From the human T2T-CHM13v2.0 reference genome, Homo sapiens: DNA of 64,000 nt. Location of the stretch: the NCBI RefSeq assembly GCF_009914755.1, contig NC_060926.1; one strand, written 5' to 3'. The position numbers were made by a program, and so were the translations under genes. The notes beneath the pieces were generated by a model. It was not told where the DNA came from, did not search any database, and worked only from the letters and a program-made list of their open reading frames with translations. This document shows positions 29,728-46,393 of this stretch, in pieces (within the stretch, counting starts at the first letter, position 1; each line of letters starts with the position of its first letter).

Positions 29728-30018
29728 CAGAAATGTTGGCTCACACATGTAATCCCAACACTTTGAGAGGGCAAGGCAGGAGGATTGCTTGAGGCCAGGA
29801 GTTCAAGACCAGCCTAGACAATAAGGGAAGATCCTGTCTCTACAAAAAAAAATTAGCTGGGCATGGTGGCATGCACCCGCAGTCCTAGCTATTTGGGAGA
29901 TGAAGGTAACAGGATCACTTGGGCCCAGGAGTTCGAGGTTGCGGTCAGCTATGATTGCACCATTGCACTCTGGCCTGGACAGGAGAGTTAGATCCTGTCT
30001 CTAAAACAAACAAGCAAA
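29728..30018 (+). mobile_element. Alu (AluJ-like)
   Basis: Diverged dimer. Confidence 0.88.
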
Positions 30019-30025
30019 ACCTTGC

Positions 30026-30461
30026 CTTTTCTTTTTATGTTTGAGACAGGGTCTCGCTCTGTTGCCCAGAAGTGTTTCAAACTCCTGGGCTCAAGCATTC
30101 CTCCCACCTCAGCCTCCCAAAGTCCTGGGATTACACAGTGACTGGATCCTTTCCTTTTATTTTATTATTATTTTTTTTTGAGATGGGGTCTCACTCTATC
30201 ATCCAGGCTGGAATGTAGTGGTGTGATCATGGCTCACTGCAGCCTTGACCTCCCTGGGCTTAGGTGATCCTCCCACCTCAGCGTCTCAAGTTGCTGGGAC
30301 TACAGGCACACGCCACGATGCCTGGCTAATTTTTGTATTCTTTGTAGAGACAAGGTTTGCCATGTTGCCCAGGCTGATCTCAAACTCCTGGGCTCAAGCG
30401 ATCTGCCCACCTCGGTCTCCCAAAGTGCTAGGATGGCAGGTATGAGCCATTGCGTCTGGCC
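30026..30461 (-). mobile_element. Alu monomer plus AluJ-like dimer
   Basis: Antisense partial (30026-30136) and full (30155-30461) copies. Confidence 0.88.
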
Positions 30462-31395
30462 CTTGCCTTTTATTAATGGCAGTAAAGAAAGCTGAAAACA
30501 TTTGGTATGAAAACTGAATTTACCCTCTGCTGATATAAAAACTGAAAAAGAAGAAAAAACCATCTGGAAACAATTCTAGATAAACACCTATGAAACTTAA
30601 CCAAAGCAGTGGGAGAGTACCTTGGCATTCATCCCCAGTGGAATGTGGCTCCCTTCAGTGCTACCTAAGAATAGGTGATGGGGCTTTCCCTCTATCCTGG
30701 GGCCTACACCTGTTCTGAGCTGTTGGGAAGGAGGTCTGCCCATAGGTAGGTGTCATTCCTGGGGAATATTCTATCTGCTGATCTTGTATTGATCTCCCCA
30801 GATACAGCACCTTGGAAAAATCAGGAAAGTCAGCTCCTTGGTACCTGCTTAGGTGGAGCCTGGGGAGGTTTTGGTGCTGATTCTGCATGTGGCCACATGA
30901 TGCACCCCAACCCAATTCTGTTGTCCCAGATGTTTCTTTCTCTACATCCTTTTTGTTTTTCTTCTTCCCACACCTGTAGAATCTTTATTTCCTCGCAGGG
31001 AAAAGGGAAAAGTACTTGGATCCTTGCCTGTTGTCCCTAGCCTGTTACTTATAGCATGACAATCAACTCCATCCTATGAGCTCGTTAGGCTTAAATATTT
31101 GAAATGTACAGAACTATTTCTCCACCATGAGTTTCAGAAAAATCATTTGGGGACTTAAAAAGCCTAAAATTGCCTTTCTTGTCTCCTGGTTTTGCTGTGG
31201 CATCCATTCTCTAAGGCAGCGGGAATAGAATTGTCCAGAGGCGTTGGGCGGGGCAGAGGTTCACAATAGAGGTACCTGTTGACAATTCTAAAATCTCTCT
31301 CCTCAGAACTTCAAGATGCTTGCCCTGAAGCAAACGCCTCCATTTGATGTCCAGCCTCAAACTCCTATCTCTTTTTGCCTCACTTCTTTCTTTAC

Positions 31396-31735
31396 CTTTT
31401 CTTTTCTTTTCTTTTTCTTTTTCTTTTTCTTTTTTTTTTTTTTTTTTTTTTTTTTGAGACAGATGCTCGCTCTGTCGCCAGGCTGGAGTGCAGTGGCATG
31501 ATCTCTGCTCACTGCAACCTCCACCTCCTGGGTTCAAGCAGATTCTCCTGCCTCAGCCTCCCAAGTAGCTGGCACTACAGGCCCACGCCACCACGCCCAG
31601 ATAATTTTTGTATTTTCAGTAGAGACGGGGTTTCACCATGTTGGCCAGGACGGCCTTGATCTCTTGACCTCATGATCCACCCACCTCAGCCTTGTAAAGT
31701 GCTGGGATTACAGGCGTGAGCCACTGCGCCCGGCC
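31396..31735 (-). mobile_element. Alu with (TTTTTC)n tail
   Basis: TSD ttgcctcacttcttt. Confidence 0.92.
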
Positions 31736-31939
31736 TTGCCTCACTTCTTTCTGCCTCTTTCCTCCTCCTGAATTTGCTATACTAACTTATGCCCTAAACA
31801 AGCAAAAATTCTGTAAGTCTTTTTCTCTTAAACTCCACTTCCTCCTAGCTGATTAATCATTGAGTTCTAGATAGTTCCATATTTGCTATTACTGCCCCAT
31901 TCTGAGACACTGTTAACAACCTGCTTTCCCTATAGATTG

Positions 31940-32096
31940 GAATTTATCAATCTCAGCACTGTTGACATTTTGGATGGCATAACTCCTTGTTGTGGGGGAC
32001 TGTCCCATGCATTGCAGGGTTTTTAGCAGCACCCCGACCACTCCCCACTAGATGGCAGTAGCATCACCAAGTTGTGACGATCAAAAAATGTCTCTA
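31940..32096 (+). mobile_element. MER20 (partial)
   Basis: ctcagcactgttgacattttgg..ccactagatggcagtagca..aaaatgtctct. Confidence 0.8.
32045..32058 (+). promoter_or_regulatory. Candidate CTCF site inside MER20
   Basis: CCACTAGATGGCAG; motif evidence only. Confidence 0.5.
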
Positions 32097-32284
32097 GCCC
32101 TGTACTGTGCTAAGTCACATTGGAGCCTGAGGCAAAAGAAAAAAATGTGTGCCCTACGTACACTTACCAAAATGTCACCTCATAAGTTAATAAAAGTTCT
32201 ACAACAATAAAAAGACAGTATTTACACTATGCTGGAATAAAACTTGAAGGGAGGAAAAAAAGACCCCCCAAAACAATTTGACGG

Positions 32285-32440
32285 AAACTTTGAGGGCCCA
32301 GTGCAAAACGAAAATGCAGGTCCTCTTCTTCAAAACTTATTAAGAACTTCAAAACAGTGACAGCAGAGCATTAAACCAAGCATGGAGCCCTTCTAAGTAT
32401 GGAGGGTCCGGTGCTGCATGGCTCTCAACAGCTGGCCCTG
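32285..32440 (-). mobile_element. MER45A-like (hAT-Tip100)
   Basis: Minus strand CAGGGCCAGC..CTTGGTTTAATGCTCTGCTGTC..TTTTGCACTGGGCCC. Confidence 0.7.
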
Positions 32441-32833
32441 ACCCGTGTCACCCCATCTGTCCACTCGCCTTTGTCAATCCCCATAAATCTGCCTGATGGA
32501 GAATGTGACAGCCATGTGGACTTTGGGAACCCCAAGCTGATGGAAAACAACTGTCCCCATTGCACAATAACGCGGGGTCTAAAAACAAACAGCCTGCCTT
32601 TATTTAGAATTTTGGGTCGGGTGCAGTGGTGTCTGTAATCCCAGCACTTTGGGAGGCCACGGTGGGAGGACTGCTTGAGGCTAGGAATTTGAAAAGAGCC
32701 TGGTATTGTATTAAAATGTTACTTCTTTTGATTACTGAGGATTTTGGAGCTTTTTAAATTTTGCACCTTGCTGTCTTCACCCTAATCTAAGCCCTGTTCC
32801 AGATACTGTCAAGTTTTTCCTGCTGATTTAGAG

Positions 32834-33016
32834 TAGTGGTCTCCAAACTTTGATCTATATCAGAATCACCTGCAGGTCTTGTTAAAACACTTACGGCTGG
32901 GCCCTGCTTCCAGAGTTTCTGATTCAATAGGTCTGGGATGGGGCTCGAGAATTTGCATTTCTAACAAGTTCCAGGAGATGCTAAAGCTGCTAGTCCACGC
33001 ACATTGAGAACCACTA
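32834..33016. mobile_element. MER5A (hAT-Charlie)
   Basis: TIRs tagtggtctccaa / ttgagaaccacta; near-perfect 8-bp TSD (a/c)tttagag. Confidence 0.8.
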
Positions 33017-33681
33017 CTTTAGAGCCATCCTTCATGTTGTGCCAGTGCAAATGTTTTTTCCAAAATCCAAGGGACTTCTCTGCTTAAATCTCTTCAGCGG
33101 GTCCCTATGGCCTATAGAATACAGTAGCTGCTTCTTGGGGGAATACATTACCCTTATGGGCTACGTTTCCCACCTCCGCTCGTGACCTGCACATAATACT
33201 CTAGTAATGTGGGCCTGGCTGACTCATACACATCTTTTAAGACTCAAATCAGCTGTTATTGCCTCTAGAAACCTTTCTTAACCCCTAGATTGTGCTAAAT
33301 GCCTGTTATTGTCCTCTGATAGCACACTGTATCTACCTCTTTGTTAACATTTACAATTTTGTATGGAATGATCTGTTTGTATGAATGTCTACCCCATCAG
33401 ATGGCAGGATCCTGGAGGGCCGGTACTATCTTTATTCCTCTAGTTCCTGTTATAGTGTCTGGCAAACAAGTGCCCCAGTAGCATTTTATAAACTGACCTC
33501 AATGGGCCTGAATGCCATTCTGTAGTCTTGCAAAAATGCAGAGAAAAAGAATACCAGCTTGAGCGAGAGTTAGAGATGTAAGTGCATAGGGGTAACAGAT
33601 GATACACCTGATACCTCAAGAGCCTTGAGGTTTGAGGGCCTGGCAGACTATTTTTCAATTGTCTATAAGAGTATAATTCTT

Positions 33682-34033
<352 letters not shown>

Positions 34034-34109
34034 TTATGCAGAATTAGCCCTTAGTATGTTCTACGTGACCTCTGGATCCTATTGGTAGCAATATCCATGT
34101 AAGGTGTGA

Positions 34110-34735
<626 letters not shown>

Positions 34736-34798
34736 CTATTATATTAAACAAATTTCAAGAAATCAGTTGGTTTTCTTGCTTTAAAATAAGTTCAGGGA

Positions 34799-35399
<601 letters not shown>

Positions 35400-36752
35400 C
35401 GAATTATTTTATAACATAAAAGAATAACACTAAACTTCCAAGTGTAGGGGCTACCATATGAATCAGTTTAAGTATGATTTGTTTGAATAGGCAGCTCCTG
35501 ATGTCATGGAGGAGGGATGGGAAAAATGAAATTCATAGGAGAGAGTGATCTGCAATCTGCCATGGAAAATGTTAGATGTTTTATGGGATAAAGTAAACCA
35601 AAATTCTGGCATGAAAGTCTTGCCCATCAAACTTAAAGGAAGCTACATGGCAATAGCTTCAGATGCCAATAGTATCTCTGAGAAAAATTTATTTTTAGTA
35701 TATTTCCAGTATACTGATGTCTATCATACATCTTTGATGTTTTCCAAACCTTTTAAAATACGTACATTCTTGTTAGAGAAATTTGAACATAACCTACCTC
35801 CTTTGAAATTATGACTGTATGTTTTTGGATTAAGGCTTCAGTAGATACGGGGATCCTACTTCAAGGAAGGGTTTGTTGCCCTGGCTGCTGCGAACGTGGT
35901 AATCAGACAGCTTCCAGCTTTCACTCCCATTGAGGTTTCCCTAAACTGTTGTCACATCCAAGCACGTGCCCTTCCTGGGAGGCCTACGTTCACCTGCTGA
36001 TGTACTGATGGCATCCTGGGCATGAAGGCCTGGCTATTTTAGGTCATTGTGGGACGATTCTGAATGAAATTGTACGTGCCTAGGACTCCTCAGGACATTG
36101 GCTGAGGCTTTGAGGAGTCTACGTTAGTTTTCTTAAAATCCTACGTCCTCTCCTTCCCTTCACAAGAGGTGGTCCCTAAGTATCTTACATGCCAAGCCAA
36201 TCTCAGCTTCTGCTTCCACAGAACTAGTAGGAGACAAATATCAACAAATTTATGAAATAAAGTTCATGTGTGGTTCTTTACTTCCTTTACTAATCAGGCA
36301 AGAACTAGAATATGGATAGATATAATAGATATACCTATATCTATAGCCACACCCATCTCGATTTATATCTATAATATAGACATACATTTATATCTGTAAG
36401 ATAGATATAAATTGAGATGTTGACTCTGTTGACTCTGCAGACATGTGGCACTGTTATTCTCTTCTTGATGCAGAAAAGTCCTAGGATTTTTCCAGTCTTG
36501 TCCAAGTGAAACAGAAGCAGAATTAATAATCCACTCATTCATTAAACAAATATTTAGTGAGTGACTATGCCTGCCCATTTGGGTTCCTAGTGTCCAAAGA
36601 TACAAAATATGTAAGACATATTTTCTATTCTCCAAGGAATTTCATGTAATGTTGAAGAAAAACATTGCTAAGGGATATAATGGAGGAAAAAACTAATTAT
36701 AGTAAAGGGATGAAGAAGGAAGTGATTATTTTGGCTTATGTGAGACAAGAAG

Positions 36753-37050
36753 AGCCAAGTAGGGCACGGTGGCACACACCTGTAATCCCACCTACTGAGG
36801 AGGCTGAGGCAGGATAATCCCTTGAGCTCAGGGGTTCAAGGCTGTGGTGAGCTATGATTGCACCACTGCACTCGAGCCTGGATGACAGGGTGAGATCATA
36901 TGTATAAAAAGAGGGAGAGAAAGAGGCTGGACATGGTGGCTCATGCCTGTAATCCCAGCATCTTGGGAGGATGAGGTGAGAGGATCGCTTGAGGCCAGGA
37001 GTTCACGACCAACCTGGCCAACATAGCGAGACCCCATTTCTATAAAATTT
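36753..37050 (+). mobile_element. Two Alu monomers
   Basis: FLAM/FRAM-like arms. Confidence 0.8.
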
Positions 37051-37229
37051 TTTTTTAAAAGAGAAAAAGAGGAAAAAAAAAAGCCACATAGTAAGGGATT
37101 TTTCAGGATGTAGAGGTGATGAAGTGGGAAACAGGGTGGTATTCCAGCCATTCCCAGCAGAGGGAACAACATGTGCAAAGACTCAATACAGGAAACAAAT
37201 CTCCACCCTGGGGAGGGGTAAGCTTTTAG

Positions 37230-37460
<231 letters not shown>

Positions 37461-38401
37461 TAATTTCTTGTCTTTCATGCCTTTGCTAGGACACTGCTTC
37501 CTCCGGGAATTACCCTGATTCTCTCGAGACTGGGCTAGATGAGTCTGCTATACAGTCCCACAATGTCTATCACAGCATTATCACACCGTGCATTAAATCG
37601 CCTGTTTACTTGTCAATGTTTCCCTCTGGCTAAACCATAACTTCCTTGAAGGCAGGCATTAGTCACTGTTGATCAGCAGATGTCAACACAAGTGCTTGAA
37701 AAATAAAAGGTAGTGTTCGTTAAATGAATACATGAATGCTGCCAAGCGCAGTGGAGTTAGGAAAGCATATTTTATTTATTTGATGAACATTTATTCCGTA
37801 CTATTATGTGGTAGACATTTCTAAGTACTGAAGGTAACAGGAATGAACAGAACAAAAAGCTTCATGGAGCTTACATGCTAGTGGGGAGAGACAGAGGATA
37901 GGCAAATTGTTGGAAAGTACGAAGTGGTGTAGGACAGAAGATTATTATTTCATGTAGGGTGGTCGGGGAAGATGTCATTCATAAGGTCATATTTGAGCAA
38001 AGACCTAGAGGAATTGAGAGAATGAGATACAAATATTTGGCATATAGGGGATACATTGGAAACATCATCAGCAAGCAATACTTCTTAAAATTGCCCCACT
38101 AATGGTGGTTCCTTATTGTGGCTAATTTCTCTCTGCTATTGTGGGTAATATCGTGAGGATTTTTGTTAAACTCTCACTTTTATTTTGGCTATCTCTTTCG
38201 ATACTACCAAAACATCTCCAGTTTCTTTAATTCACTATCCATTTTATAAGGGTTCCTGTAATGGTTGGGAAATCCTTTTGTTTCTAAAGCATTTTGAAGT
38301 CAAGGACTAACCCAAATAATGCCTACTGTCAGTACAAATATTTTATCTGTCGATAGCTGGCAGGTCTGGGCAAGAGTAGTTAATATGGCCACCTGGACTG
38401 A

Positions 38402-38665
38402 TTTTTTTTTTTTTTTTTTTTTTTTATGAAGTCTCACTCTGTCGGATTCAAGTGATTCTCCTGTCTCAGTCTCCCAGGTTGCTTACAGGCGCACACCACC
38501 ATGCCAGGCTAATTTTAGTATTTTTAGTAGAGGCAGGGTTTCACCATGTTGGGCAGGGTTTCATCATGTTGGGCAGGCTGGTCTCGAACTCTCGACCTCA
38601 GGTGATCCGCCCACCTCGGCCTCCCAAAGTGCTGGGATTACAGGCTTGAGCCACAGCACCCAGCC
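38402..38665 (-). mobile_element. Alu with deletions and a ~20-bp internal duplication
   Basis: TSD ctggactgatttt; gcagggtttcaYcatgttgg occurs twice. Confidence 0.9.
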
Positions 38666-38940
38666 CATCTGGACTGATTTAATTTCTGTGAGAAACTTTT
38701 ATTTCAAGGGTAAATTCAAGCTTGTGATAGCCTAGGCTGCCTGGCAAGTTTTAGTTTTTCTTTTTAAGTATGAAAAATCACAAAATTAAATCAGGGATGC
38801 CCAAGGAAGTCTCTAGGAGGTCCATAAAGGAATGGAGAGTTCCCTGTTAGGGGTTAAATAATCACAGAGTTCTTTTTTCAGATAAAGGAAGGGAAGGTGG
38901 TTGGTTAGTGCTGCAGTAATATGGGAAAGGCAAACAATAA

Positions 38941-39231
<291 letters not shown>

Positions 39232-39312
39232 TAACGATATTTTATAAAGCTTAGCTGACTAGCTGAAAAGTGATGAGCGTGTTCTGTCAATAGAAGAGTC
39301 TATATGGTATAG

Positions 39313-39666
<354 letters not shown>

Positions 39667-39968
39667 AATAATTGAAGTTTTTACACATTTTATTGTTGCT
39701 GCCCCACAGACAAGGTGGCTATGTCTTGCTTATTCAATGAAATTCTGAAATTCAAGCAATAGGCCTCTAAAGATGACCATGTATTTGAATTATTACCACT
39801 AACATTTATTCAGGCTTCTTATGAGCAAAAAGAGAAATACAGATTGTGAATCTAGAATCCTGAAAGAAGTATCTTAGTAGACAGTTAATATACTAGTTTA
39901 TACATGAGCGTGCCTTTTTAAAACATAAACTTGAGAGCAAACAGTCATAGAGAGACTAGAGAAACTAC

Positions 39969-40281
<313 letters not shown>

Positions 40282-40282
40282 T

Positions 40283-40387
40283 AAGACTAGTCAAGTGTAA
40301 TAGTGAAAAGTGGGGAAAGTAAAACAAGGAGTTTCATCTGTAACTGTGAATAATCAGTTGAGATAAGTCATTATCTTCAGACAAGCC
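40283..40387 (-). pseudogene. Y1 RNA (RNY1-like) retropseudogene
   Basis: Reverse complement GGCTTGTCTGAAGATAATGACTTATCTCAACTGATTATTCACAGTTACAGATGAAACTCCTTG...CACTTGACTAGTCTT aligns with recalled hY1 with many substitutions; followed by an A-rich tail. Confidence 0.88.
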
Positions 40388-43249
40388 GAAATATATTGGT
40401 ATTAACATATGTACGTAACTATAATTTGCCTAAGAAGATAAACTCTTTTTTTAGTGTCCGGTGTTTTTTTTAGTGTCTGTCAGGTGTTTGGTGAACAAAA
40501 GACTGCTCATACAAATTTTGAATTAAAATTTGAAGAGTTTTAAACAAACCTAACTTATTTCTATTTTCCCTTCTTTTATAGGGTGATGGAGCAGCTCTTT
40601 GTGTTATTTAATGGTCATTTTAAGAAACTGAACTATACTTTAGGTATAAAAAACATCATAACAGGTTTTTCTTCTGAATTTGAAGCTTAATTTAGGGAAG
40701 GCAACATCAGGAATGGTTAAAGAAGACAAGGGATAAGTTGCAAATATCTAAAGATGAAAGTGTCACAAAACTGTAAAAACACAGGGGAATAAACAACAAC
40801 AGTTACTAAGAACATTTTTTTTTCAAAAGTAAGGACTCAGTCCAAATTCTAATTTTATTCTCCTTTGGCGTATTATTTACATTACAATTTGCAGTTAAGA
40901 ATGTATTGATATACCTTCATATGTATGTGCTTCATCATCTATACAAAGATATATAAGTATACAAATAGATATTAATTTAAAGGTTTTATAATTTTAAAAT
41001 ACAATTAACATCAGTATAGTAAATAAAACATTGTATATATCATACTCAGTTTGCCATACGACAATACCATAATTTTCTTAATAAACAAACAGAAAATCAT
41101 AACCACTGTCTTGTATATGTTTGTATTATAAAACATTACAGTATTGTATTTAGCATAATAAAATATTTATATTAAGTGTTAAATTTAACAGAAGTAACAA
41201 ACTTTTCTTTTCTCCAGACACGAAAGAAAATTAGAGAATTGAAAGCCAAAATCTACTTAGTTATTTTCTTCTCTTTGAAACTTATTTAATATTATTCTAA
41301 GAAGTTTGGGGAGGCAAAAATAACTAACTAAAAATATAGATATAGCATGTTATTCAAGTATATTTTCATACTTTGTTAATCAATTGTCAATTTAAGCAAT
41401 AAATATAACTTAAAATTATGTTTAGTGACCAATGTTTCATATTTGTTTCTCTTTTGTAAACTGTCTGCTTGTAAATGCACACAAACATATTTAAGTATTA
41501 ACTTAATTGTTTGTCTAAGGTTTTAAAGTTGGTTAAAGATCTGGAGATTATAATTTAGCTAACACATAAGTTCTTATGATTTCGAACATTGAAGAATTTT
41601 ATAAAATTAAACCCTTTGACCAGACATTCATTATCGTTCCCTTCAGTTGAATACAGTTTTACACATATAAATTTTTACTTGAAGCAAGTGGTAATTGATT
41701 TAATTTATAAAACCAGTATAGGAAATTTAAGAAGTTTGTATTATAAGAAATTTGATTCTGGTCTTGAACAAACCAAACTATTATGCAGACATTATTTTAA
41801 TATGGTAAACTAATTTTTACAGACTCTCAATCATGACAAAATATCTTCTTTTATTTTAGAATTAAAACCTTTTCTTTTTATCTCCTTGCTGTTATGTAGG
41901 CTATTATGTAAATATACCTTTATTAGGGTCGAAAAGAAGAAACACAATTTAATAACTTTTTCTTCCTTTTAGATAGTTTTGACTGCTTATCTAGACTATA
42001 ATCCTAGAGTAAGTACATAACTGAATGCTTTTTAACAATTAATTAATCTTTAAAGTATCCCAAGAGAAGAAAAATGAGAGGAAAAAGAATAGGAAAAAAA
42101 GTAAGGAAGCCAGCTTCAGACAAATGTCAAATTACATTTTGTAAAAAGGTAATTATGGTCCCTCTGTAAGAAGAGGAAAGGAAGTTTAGATGTAGAAAAA
42201 TAAATTCCACATATATACACACAAAAGAGAATGACATACAATTGGTTTTGACATAACTTGAGTCCTTGATAATTTTATGGAGACATACAATTAAAATGTC
42301 AGGTCTTATTAATTCCCAAAGTACAAAAACCAATAAGGGGATGTTTCCTGGGTTAAGCAAAATGTTCTCTCTTTTAGACAAACAAGACATCGCCTTGTGA
42401 GGGTTTCTTCATTCTTTTGTCTTGAGATACTCCTCAAATGAACAATCTTGTTCGTGTCAAAATTTCCCCCAAATTGGCTATTACAATTCCAAACTTTCCC
42501 TGAAAAAATTGTGCCAGTTAGAAAAGTAAGTGTACAAGTTATCCTATGAGGGGAAAAACATGAAGGAGGCAGCTGTTAGCTTGGAAGAAGTGCAGTGTTA
42601 TATTGAGAAAGCGCCTGAGAGCTGAGTGCTCTGTAAGGATGGTGAGTGGCTAACTTTGTGTCTCTGGAGCTTGGCCAGAGGCCAATAGCTGCTAATCCAC
42701 AGCTGGACAAAATGCCCGATTTAGTGCAGATGAAATTAAACAGAGAAGTTCTCAGGAAAACAAAGACAAAGCCTGAGGTTTGTAAAGGGGACCCAGGGAA
42801 AAGTTTACTGAAACTTTTCAAACTGGTCTGTGGAGACTTTCGAACACAGCCTTTGAGGCTAACTCAAAGATGAACTTCTTAGACTTGTGGCATCCTCTCC
42901 CTGCAGAATTTTCTTTCTATAGGTAACATGCAAAATGCTAGTCAACTAGCAGCAGGTGTTGTTAGAGGGCTAGAAAATAATTTTGCCGAACAACACAAAT
43001 CTGCTTCGATTTGTTTCTTTAAACCCCAGGGGATGTTATTCCTATGAAAATAAAATAAATCCAACACTGGGCTTCAATGAAGGGTTTCAGTGGAATATTA
43101 GAGTCCAATTTAACATGGGAAAGTAAAACACAAAGGGTCTTAGATGTGCACAGGACTGAGTTGAGGGTCCTGCTCCAAAGTGGTGAAGGCTTCAGGTGAA
43201 TCTCACTGGAACTTCTATTTGTGTCCATTTCCTCCAAAGACCACCAGAC

Positions 43250-44072
<823 letters not shown>

Positions 44073-45024
44073 AATTGGGAACAATCAACCATGTCAAATG
44101 CTTCTGTTCCATCAACTAAGGTTAGAACTGAGAATTGACCATCAGATTTTAATGATGTGAAGTTCATATAAGATTCTTTCCTCCTAGAGTGTTAAATCCA
44201 GTTAGACTTAGAACCCAAAATGAAGGACATTCGCATAAAGGCAGTTCAGAAGACTCAGTGAGAAGAGCCCCAGTTGTCCAGGGAGTAATTAATTACCCTT
44301 CATTAATTAATTAGTGTACACTTACTGGCTTTCCTTCCACCCCTTCTTCACTTCCCCACTCCCTCCTGTAACCATTTCTCAAATAGACTGCTTGCACCCA
44401 AATCCTTGTCTCTGAGATTCTCTTGTGGGAACCCGAACTAAAATAGATTGTTCTTAGACTGGTTATTTATCAAAGAAAGTAGTTGCAACCACATTACACT
44501 TATAATTTTGGAAAGCCTGAGCAACTGTATTTTTGAATTTTTGTTTCTATAAAATATTTTATTAATATAAATTATAGGATAAAATGTCCTATGGACTTAA
44601 TACCAACATCCAAGAAGACAGAAAACAGAAAGAATAGAAAAGGGAAGAGAGTATTACATCAGAGGCTTAGGTTCTAGTCTGGGGTGTGTTTTCAGTTGAT
44701 GCCATGGCCTTGGGCGTAAGTATTTGTCTGTAAAAGGAACCTAAAATATTTGCCTTACTCACATCACCAACCGATTGTGAGAATTTAAGAACATCATATT
44801 TTTAAAAATTTTTGAAAACTGTAAAGCACATATAAATAGGCATTATTGTTTTCTGCAATGAGTTTTTTGTGTTAAAAGCCGTCTTTTGGAAGACTTTGCA
44901 ATTTCAAAGCTTACTACAAAGCTAGTTATCAAGACAGTGTGGTACTGACTTAAAGACAGACATATATATCCATGGAATAGACTTGAGAGTGCAGAAATAA
45001 AGCCTCATATTGACAGTTAGTTGA

Positions 45025-45364
<340 letters not shown>

Positions 45365-45681
45365 TAATGGAGAAAAAACAGTCTTTTCAACAAATGATAC
45401 TGGAACAACTGGATATCCATATACAAAGGAATGAATTTGAACCCCTATCTCATTCCATATATAAAAAATAATGGGGAAAATGAATCAAATACCTAAATGT
45501 AAGAGCAATAGCTCTAAAACTATTAGAAGAAAATAGGCATAAGTCTTCATGACCTTGCATTAGGCAACTGTTTCTTAGATATGACACCTAGAGCACCAAT
45601 GACAAAAGAAAAAGCCGATAAACTGGAATTTATCAAAATTTAAAAATATTGTCCTTCAAAGGACACCATCAAGAAAGTAAA

Positions 45682-45963
45682 GGCCGGGCGCAGTGGCTCA
45701 CACCTGTAATCCCAGTGCTTTGAGCGATTGGGGTGGGTAGATCGCTTGAGCCCAGGTGTTCGAGACCAGCTTGGGCAACATGGCAAAATCCAGTCTCTAC
45801 CAAAAATACAAAAATTAGCCAGGCAGATCACTTGAGCTCAGGAGGCAAGAGGTCAAGGCTGCAGTGAGGCAGAATTGTGCCACTGCACTCTAGCCTGGGC
45901 AGCAGAGCAAGACTCTGTCTCAAAAAAAAAAAAAAAAAAAAAAAAAAGAAGAAGAAAGAAAGA
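45682..45963 (+). mobile_element. Alu with internal deletion
   Basis: TSD-like aagaa(a/g)gtaaa. Confidence 0.9.
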
Positions 45964-46086
45964 AGGTAAAAAGACATCACACAGAATAGGAGAAAATATT
46001 TCCAAATCCTGTATCTGATAAGGGAATTGTATCTAAGATACATAAAGAACTCTTACAACTCAATAATAAAAAGACAGATAACTCCA

Positions 46087-46393
<307 letters not shown>

